Below are positions 59,701 through 64,000 of a stretch of 64,000 nt of DNA, in pieces. Source of the stretch: a virus. Its lineage: Duplodnaviria > Caudoviricetes. A program made the position numbers and the translations under genes. The stretch is taken from positions 16,402 through 80,401 of the IMG/VR virus record IMGVR_UViG_3300031992_000072. One strand, given 5' to 3'. The notes under the pieces were generated by a model, which saw only the letters and a list, made by a program, of their open reading frames with translations, was not told where the DNA came from and searched no databases. Each line of letters starts with the position of its first letter. Within the stretch, counting starts at the first letter, position 1.

Positions 59701-62700
59701 GGAAAAACTTGATAATGGAGAAAATACAGATAACCTCAAAGTTGCTCTTCAGAATCTTGCTGATATTTTCCCAAATGTCTCAAGTGCCGTTAAAGAGTCT
59801 ATAACAGATTTAAGCAAATGGTCCGACGTCGTCAAAGAAGCAAAAGAAAAAGTAGACCAATTCGCTACAACTGGGCAACGAGATGTTGTGAAGAAAACTC
59901 TTGATTATATTGATGAGAATCTGTATGGAGATTACGTGTTAGACCGAAAGCTTAAAATTTCTTCATTGGAAGGCGCACAGGAAGCAGAAAGTGAATTTAA
60001 AAAAGCTTATTATGGCAAAGGTTCTTCGGTCTTATATAATTCAAACAATGATTTATTTAGCGGCATTGTTCTCGATGTAAATCCTGATAAACTATTATCT
60101 GAAGGTACAAAAGAAGAACAAGCAATTGCTTTAACTGAAGCATATAGAAACAATCCTAATTTCGCAAAATACGCCAAACCTTATTTAAATTCAGAAGTAA
60201 TTAATCAACTTGATAATAAATCTATTGAACGGCCTTACGATTCTGATTCTTTTGTTGAGTGGGCTTCTGGCGGACTTGTTCGCATACTTAATGACATTAA
60301 TGCAAATAAAACAAGAGACGATATTAATGCTGCGGCAGCGTTCCTTTCCAAGTCATACAAAGATGAAGATTCTTTGAATAGATTTGCGAATTATATTTCT
60401 GAAAATGGAGAAGTAATTTGGGATAAATTTAATACACAAGAGAATACACGCGAAAACGCTCTGATGTTTGCGCAGTTGGCTTCCGGAAGTAAAGTGCTTC
60501 AATCGTGGATTGGTAATACGAATCCAGAAGTAAGAAAAAATATATTTAAAAATGGAGAGATTAATTATTCGTATTTAAACGAAAACGAAGAAATAATATC
60601 TAACTTAGCAAAAGAGTATGCTAACGATCAAGTCAATTCAACTGAATATGCTGCAAGGCGTTCTGCTTCAAGGACTTTCTTGAAAGAAAAGTTACCAGAA
60701 GTTTTAGCGGATGATTTTGCTATGATGGCAAATGATCGATTTAGCGCTGAAGATGTACAAACTTTATTTTTGCGTGGACTTGAAAGTGAAATCAAAAACA
60801 ATCCAGATTTAATTAATGCTGATGGTAACTACGATACAGAAGCTTTAAAAACGTTTGTAAGTAAATTCCTTAACAGTTGGCTAGATAATACTTCTAGTTT
60901 CTTAAATGAATATGTTGCAGAATATGGAGACTATAGAGATTTCGCATACCACATAAATGAAAAAGACAGTAATACGTGGTTTAACGATTATGATAAAGCA
61001 GTAGAATATGCAAGGACGCATAATGTTAAATTTGATGAAATTAAAGATAAAAACGGAAACGTTGCTTATCAAACAAATCGACAGTTATTATCCGCGAAAC
61101 AACAAGAAGCAAACGCAAATAATAGACAAAATTTATTGAAGAATATTATATATGGATATAACGAAGGTGCTGGATTCAATCTTCTTACAGAAGCAGAACA
61201 GCGAGAGATTGCAAAAGACAAAGCTAGATCATTAATTGGGCATGGAATGCCAGTAACTGAAAAAGATATTATAAGTATGACAGAAGATCTTTCCAAAAAA
61301 GCTTCTGAACAAGGAATTGAAACTTATGGCAGCATATATAAGCTCGAACAAGCTGCAAAAGAAGGTGGATGGGACGCAGATCTTGCTAACGCAATTTCTG
61401 GCAACTCTAATGCTATGGCAGCTTATCTTGCTAATGATTATGATGCTCTTGTAAAATCCTTACAGGAAGAAATTGTCGGCAAGTCAACTCCACAATCACG
61501 AGCTGATTTAATGCGTTCATTCGGTTCTATGTTTAGCGGTAATCGTGCTGCTGTAGAATCATTTAGAAAAGAAGGATTAACTTCTGATGCATATAAACAA
61601 TGGCAGTCTTTCTTTGGAGATAACGCAGATTTAATTTTAGATGAACTTGCAGCAGGAACCCTCGAGCAAAATAAAGCGTTGTATGACGAATATCGTCGTA
61701 TTCTTGCCGAAAAAGGATTAAAGATAGGAACCGGGAAAATGTTTACCGGTGTTGAAACAACAGGATTAGCGCAGCAAATTCTCTCCGGCGGATTTAAAGA
61801 TTGGGCAGAAGCTCAAGAAAAGATGACTGAGTGGACTACAGATGAATGGAGTGCTCTTGAAAGTAAATATCCTGCTTTAAAACAGTATATGCAGATGACA
61901 GAAGAGCAGCGTAATTCTCAGGAAGGACAAAACTTACTTCGTAACGTAAAAATTCAGATGAGTGTTTCTGGAATTAGTGATCTTGAAGAGGCTGGTAAAA
62001 TAGCAGAAGGAACCGCTACAGAACTTGAAAAGCTTCAAAAAGGCGGTCATATTGCTATTGAAGTTCTTATGCAGTATCGCACCGAAGCGTTTGAGAATAA
62101 GCAAAAATCAGCAAAGCTTTATAACGGCACTATGCAAGAACAAGATGAAGCTGCAATGTCTGTTCTCAATATGTCCGAAGAACAATATTACGCAAATAGA
62201 CAAGCTAACCTTGAACTTGCAAGACGGACAGAGCAAAATGACAGAAAATATCGTGCAAGGACTTGGCAAGAAAGATATGAAAATGCAGCAACAAAAGAAC
62301 AAGCAGATGAAATTTTAAGGGATGCAAAACTTGAAGGATATGCGTATGTTAAAAACGGAGATTACAGTGAATATAAAATCCCGGCTGGATATACTGTAGA
62401 TGAATTTGGAAATGTTTATGATAAAAATGGGAACTTTAGCGATACAGAAACTTTAAAACGTGAAGCATCTGTAGGCCATTCGTTTATACACAGCGGTACA
62501 GGCAGTGTTACACGAAACGATTATTTTGGCAACAAAGAAGCGTTATACACAAATTCTCAATTAGCTTCCTGGGCAGAAGAAATTCTTAAAGGTGACTTAA
62601 CTGCTAACACTAAAGACAGAGAGAATGAGTATACAGCCGCAGCCGCGAAACTCGGAGAATATTCTGTTGAATATTTACGGATGCTTGATTTAAACAAAGC

Positions 62701-64000
62701 ATTAACAGAAGCAGGTGAAGAACCTTTATACGATGAAACAGCCTTAGCTGAAGCTAAACAAATGGCAGATGCTGAAGTACAAAAGGCTAAGGAAAACGCA
62801 GCAGAGCAAGATGCTCTTAAAGAAGCTGAACTTAATAATATTTCTTTAAGTGGAGCTTTTGCATATCAGCAACTTCAACGTCGGCAACAAAACAAAGGTG
62901 CTTATGCAGCTGAAAGATTATTTACATCTCTAAATGACAAAACAGTTAATAATTTTGATGACTTATTGGATGTTGTTGGCAGCGCAGATGCAAACGACTG
63001 GAAAGACTTTATTGAATCATCTAGCGACCTTAGTAATAAGCTTGCTGATATGGGTGTTAAGATCGGAGAGGATGGTTTTGACTTCAGCGATCTTGAAAAG
63101 AATGGATATGAAGCGGCTGACGTTCTTAAAGTTTTAAAAGAAGCGGCTTCTGAAGCATCTAATGGATTAAAAGGATTCAAAGAAGTATTAACAACAGGTC
63201 AAGAAACAGCGCGAGCAGAAGAATTTATCGGCGGTGAAGTCACTGACGAAAATTATAAAGCATTTGAAGCATTTATCGGAAATAATGAAGTTGCACAAAT
63301 TGCCAAAAACTATGCTGTTCAATACAAAGCTGATAAACAATTATACGATGAATATCAAGGTTTAACAAATACTTCAGATAGAGCAGCGTGGTTAATAAAC
63401 CATAACAATAAAGAGCCAACAAATCCTGGCGAATTTGATTTATTCGGTCAATACGAAGGATACAACAGAGATTATGTTGAAGCGCTTTATGATAATGCAC
63501 TGCTTGGTAAACAGGGATTAACAGATGCAGATAGACTTCGTATGTTTGAAGGAATTATGAACGACGTTGGTCAAGGGACTTCTGTCGAACAAATTCGTAA
63601 GTCAAACAACACCGGATTTTATTCAGATGTTCTTTCCGGAGTTAATGGCGGCGAAGACTATCTTCAGATGATTGAAATTCTCAACGGCAAAGGGCTTGAT
63701 TTTAAACAATTTAAAGGAATTGAAGAAACAAGCGATGAATTCCAACAGCTTCAAGCAGCGTTTGAAGGAACAGATTATTCTGCAAATCAATTCCTTCTTA
63801 CGTCAGAAGAAATTGACAATGAGTTGAGAAGTAATGCAATTTCAACATATAAGCTGTTTGGTAAAGAAACTGAGAAAGTCAACGGGATTTACAAAAAATT
63901 AAACGGCACAGTAGAAGAACAGCTTGAAGCTAGAAAAGAAATGACCAGGCATAAGCTTGATCTTTCAAATGCTACTTATTACACTTCCGGCAAAGGTGCA
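50768..64000 (+). CDS. Giant tape-measure protein, 3'-truncated by the window, with embedded DxDGD polymerase-like and PD-(D/E)xK nuclease-like regions
   Basis: AAGGAGG RBS then ATG 50768. In-frame motifs: RLDG (52862), LSRMP (53963), TGDYDGD (54113), PDLI (56018), DYKSG (56063) and tape-measure core FDASMNEIQ..GDNAATTAAEIG..GTALQTVFSRM (from 58397). Continuity inferred from frame consistency and the lack of any closed long ORF in the track. Confidence 0.85.
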   Translation, partial: MSNPTIQIDLEVNGEKALQSISNFKKDADEKLSSIGKIEKSFAPAVEQLNSDKSLLGSGEAFDSFANSIMTANNAIAQMRKTLNSFSSSIDLGNITDGMTRMFESAYRTMLSSIKTLNAEVDRGLSKGPKNINAYTQAEKSIKLASVTGQSASADMIRMLRIVNNAHRETGLNADQLGEIMPALSSIVRAKTDEYRKATKSTPRLSELANFIANEDIFKNTVGSSIKGYNPTQQQLAQIAKGAIVATRSNAYRDNLEILKAAGLKGSEYQYVTDQMPEVFKKAYINYGRPNSSKETNIIAKNIGKQAVDEEVYKKFMQLVRNGNQQAIKIGQDVGLVRARNGSYQFTGNARKAQFDTMAGIVAQVAGEAKSSLPYHYIQRNDQTQQQKLLNRNNNIFNDALELMEILSGQSGLDPNAYGYVPFGTTRESLKNYRDLFGFVGSGKNYRRFNKNAPKIQTLGVANQYVVPKTHLDQNGNLVWRDPSWQKTNGVQESKDDQFATIGNSALTYLLGMHGHNTYGYGRTDEGEANYQTPKVVRISTSHLYKQIREKNGTRMIVDPEKQTEADRINRLFARKETAHYTRPGEKENDDNEYIAAMGDAESLTMIRKKDYDAIVSNFAKYGMANPFDNMNTGGLFISGDYKNAAKQIDLSKKKATPGFRYAELGYAKSPSAALVDFEQLYEYLGIPKNNQFMRQSQRLDGLALFDPSVLGVNAQMRAGIVGKFMGQATDWRKLLYESGILESAYKKATTGDKRNSGLIVKNGSNGVPQDYSFYMPMVGLEKEEAQSYIDRINELQRKANNGPISEDEKNELERIRNTYFYDIMDKKYDALIAESTIKNNDKYRIISKNAFTNKDGLFRGEKWVKDRGDGTVELSADQQRRYFEAAVKESGGYWINKTGYDFRTDKDFIPESLATAMGLEVGDLKDQSNENYNEYIHKLETDKNARINFLNTTAYGRRLVQEGLYDSDLADRLIRSHINDYASKQQQGHLFLPQYGIDNLLTGVLPGSIFGNIFEQGFDVKVSDNNDYRKLFSYQGDEDRVFMKTLNGKQQEALRNNAIAAKLMLSRMPAGPGEYGIGVQNLGDIEAMQKALDALGVDYSDTIFTDPSLQYKLMTGDYDGDTAWVIRGLNDNQFARMQQIQDYVQRAREKIMSQMDTASPEEKKRLENDLQAFTNFGADHFTAQIGMGQATAAIRNSLADLSDNDPDKWIAIAEAIDAYDKNTSEAMKEGKIVNLGVHASKQAMEGGLFRRFIKQINAYGQGSENAHPDLFATRLPEIQDTGTLFDIVSNFRNKRNGSDVGKRFGSDLDSWLFEQYGYSNSFEAQAARAYADMFKNIEGGIRLTSKDDISNARLIAVRWQNSLEKDRKANRDPEALAEEQHRLNQFVKRLHQVETSGSLHEDFLAQTEELENERTRLIKSGVTEDDKRIIGLDKKIGLYKTLTSDLSLPFQIAKENWETEQKEMDEEVRKRYEANLALAKTNNVNMTNGVMAMLGPALSTDLVKAGKINFSDVTPWLYENLAKDQFRLKGIEGFEFNENGEMVRDKLPKKTVDFFPWPHNVEGIKSQKAEILAREMDTRHEWVPGYSESIATIMGKIRHESFEEALLQYAKGETADIAKIYEGMLTAADSSTSSPFRKLGYSLKRDEKTGVYTVEGADNSINEGIRGALGTWNEKTQKYEGGSLSNLYNYITSNGYRVANIEGFNINKKGEKMNSRETVPDDYFGRGTVLRTKIKSPTGEEIDKVGTFAPDLILQGKDGKYHMLDYKSGEQGAYDSLYQMMIYAADIQEKVQQFRNSGQRAEAKKLGWDQYLDNKGNLKFGSVFGFDTQAGKGYKFSFSQDAAQELSSRYKESIQSKLFASDEELVSAQRRLVAEVAKKYGIEQEHIQKKSTEEAVRGLTKDDARGSWYSNYLADKFNKDEDTLREISSTGYAAIRRYGDREVGGYSKYASSRRMLDEMIDPETIDQLIGQAKEKGDSGAILSLLEYQQKINRARETLNQGELLAAQNSFKDINSYIQEQFFGVKESKPLAAFNAVRKRILDAESIREGLKENKDVYDAVNQKWLNDEYRDAYIEAGKDKEIALETFDSLLPDFKNRAIKENNKNLQKLISNNNEPTAEDEIEQYYQNRYDALEQYVKQQEHDLDEYSKKLAQKDDKGQLVLKHGSKARQIFEELRDNSHDNLIEAFNALNNTSALEEVARTEYEKSIGLVGGERAKKRSDKQREYLDKIKKEYDETRDENLNPLRQELYEAELSGDTEKYNKIRKKLDKIYKDTPRRRKKMQEYAQFEEEQRMQKEIEDTEDQLKRGSIDRLYSGKGMSEEDSINAIFLQRKKQAQEYAATLDKDAREEFWKTHQDDTLKAQIKQEITESKELQDLQRENARLNLVDQGDVRVRNMRHQFDRQNRQQQMRYSRSRIVQAMYGAEQRRDAKEQEIQNIEDQRKSIQRQQNYYAKELELAKKSGDEERINKAQFNYDQTAQQLQNLDKASKEAKDQLDQLNNGAQTAQAVFGAFGQTLGMVASRLGRRLFQKTLQETKQFIKQFDASMNEIQTITLKSDKEMQGIRSQTINKALGLRTSVSNVSNVEAALYRQGLSDQEVSARTDSIIKFATVTKLNVQEATKIITTALQNDLVASANEAMDALVALGDNAATTAAEIGKGMQKAAASAKVAGVSYAELTALLTIGTSDTQLSGTQVGTALQTVFSRMRRMSVSGWTADQNGKKTTASDAEAALASVGVDLWDNKAIGKMRTAYDVLLDLSKVWQNLSDAQKNIVMNAMAGTRQTNVFSTLMEGMSEDSGATLEKYLGLAEGSEGITQSKYEIAMQSLSAAMDKLKSSWDAVVESFTNAGAITGAIDLISGFLQKIADVASSDTAGQIGLVTGAIISGIAGIAATCIAAKTAVAPIASLIGLLIGGGIAIASGLTLSSLFEGKSEDELLAEQNQQALSNISSTRKINDATVSDANKAIDKVKEAGKEWEKLDNGENTDNLKVALQNLADIFPNVSSAVKESITDLSKWSDVVKEAKEKVDQFATTGQRDVVKKTLDYIDENLYGDYVLDRKLKISSLEGAQEAESEFKKAYYGKGSSVLYNSNNDLFSGIVLDVNPDKLLSEGTKEEQAIALTEAYRNNPNFAKYAKPYLNSEVINQLDNKSIERPYDSDSFVEWASGGLVRILNDINANKTRDDINAAAAFLSKSYKDEDSLNRFANYISENGEVIWDKFNTQENTRENALMFAQLASGSKVLQSWIGNTNPEVRKNIFKNGEINYSYLNENEEIISNLAKEYANDQVNSTEYAARRSASRTFLKEKLPEVLADDFAMMANDRFSAEDVQTLFLRGLESEIKNNPDLINADGNYDTEALKTFVSKFLNSWLDNTSSFLNEYVAEYGDYRDFAYHINEKDSNTWFNDYDKAVEYARTHNVKFDEIKDKNGNVAYQTNRQLLSAKQQEANANNRQNLLKNIIYGYNEGAGFNLLTEAEQREIAKDKARSLIGHGMPVTEKDIISMTEDLSKKASEQGIETYGSIYKLEQAAKEGGWDADLANAISGNSNAMAAYLANDYDALVKSLQEEIVGKSTPQSRADLMRSFGSMFSGNRAAVESFRKEGLTSDAYKQWQSFFGDNADLILDELAAGTLEQNKALYDEYRRILAEKGLKIGTGKMFTGVETTGLAQQILSGGFKDWAEAQEKMTEWTTDEWSALESKYPALKQYMQMTEEQRNSQEGQNLLRNVKIQMSVSGISDLEEAGKIAEGTATELEKLQKGGHIAIEVLMQYRTEAFENKQKSAKLYNGTMQEQDEAAMSVLNMSEEQYYANRQANLELARRTEQNDRKYRARTWQERYENAATKEQADEILRDAKLEGYAYVKNGDYSEYKIPAGYTVDEFGNVYDKNGNFSDTETLKREASVGHSFIHSGTGSVTRNDYFGNKEALYTNSQLASWAEEILKGDLTANTKDRENEYTAAAAKLGEYSVEYLRMLDLNKALTEAGEEPLYDETALAEAKQMADAEVQKAKENAAEQDALKEAELNNISLSGAFAYQQLQRRQQNKGAYAAERLFTSLNDKTVNNFDDLLDVVGSADANDWKDFIESSSDLSNKLADMGVKIGEDGFDFSDLEKNGYEAADVLKVLKEAASEASNGLKGFKEVLTTGQETARAEEFIGGEVTDENYKAFEAFIGNNEVAQIAKNYAVQYKADKQLYDEYQGLTNTSDRAAWLINHNNKEPTNPGEFDLFGQYEGYNRDYVEALYDNALLGKQGLTDADRLRMFEGIMNDVGQGTSVEQIRKSNNTGFYSDVLSGVNGGEDYLQMIEILNGKGLDFKQFKGIEETSDEFQQLQAAFEGTDYSANQFLLTSEEIDNELRSNAISTYKLFGKETEKVNGIYKKLNGTVEEQLEARKEMTRHKLDLSNATYYTSGKGA

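Noticed and set aside
50700-64000. Many short ORFs on both strands in the track
   Set aside because: All lie within the single giant tape-measure frame; alternative-frame noise.
1-64000. Stop-codon reassignment, rRNA, integrase or IS element
   Set aside because: Genes are long and tightly packed under the standard code; no such motifs or terminal repeats seen in this window.

Overview
Part of a large tailed-phage genome with an SPbeta-like gene layout; strong AGGAGG ribosome-binding sites suggest a Firmicutes host. Positions 1-36.5 kb are almost all minus-strand early/middle genes. They include two free-standing YonO/RdRP-like two-barrel RNA polymerases, a coupled Ubl-E2-JAB-E1 operon followed by a retron-like ncRNA and RT, three tRNAs plus one tRNA-like gene, a Cas7/RAMP-like gene next to a 5-nt-periodic repeat array, two SSBs, RNase H, a macrodomain, a PcfJ-like protein and many small paralogous ORFs. 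From 36.7 kb a plus-strand virion operon runs terminase, portal, protease/scaffold, capsid, neck, tail tube and chaperones. It ends in a giant tape-measure ORF (at least 4411 codons, open at the window end, so absent from the ORF track) that appears to carry a third DxDGD polymerase module and a PD-(D/E)xK nuclease. All family calls come from motifs read by eye; no searches were run.
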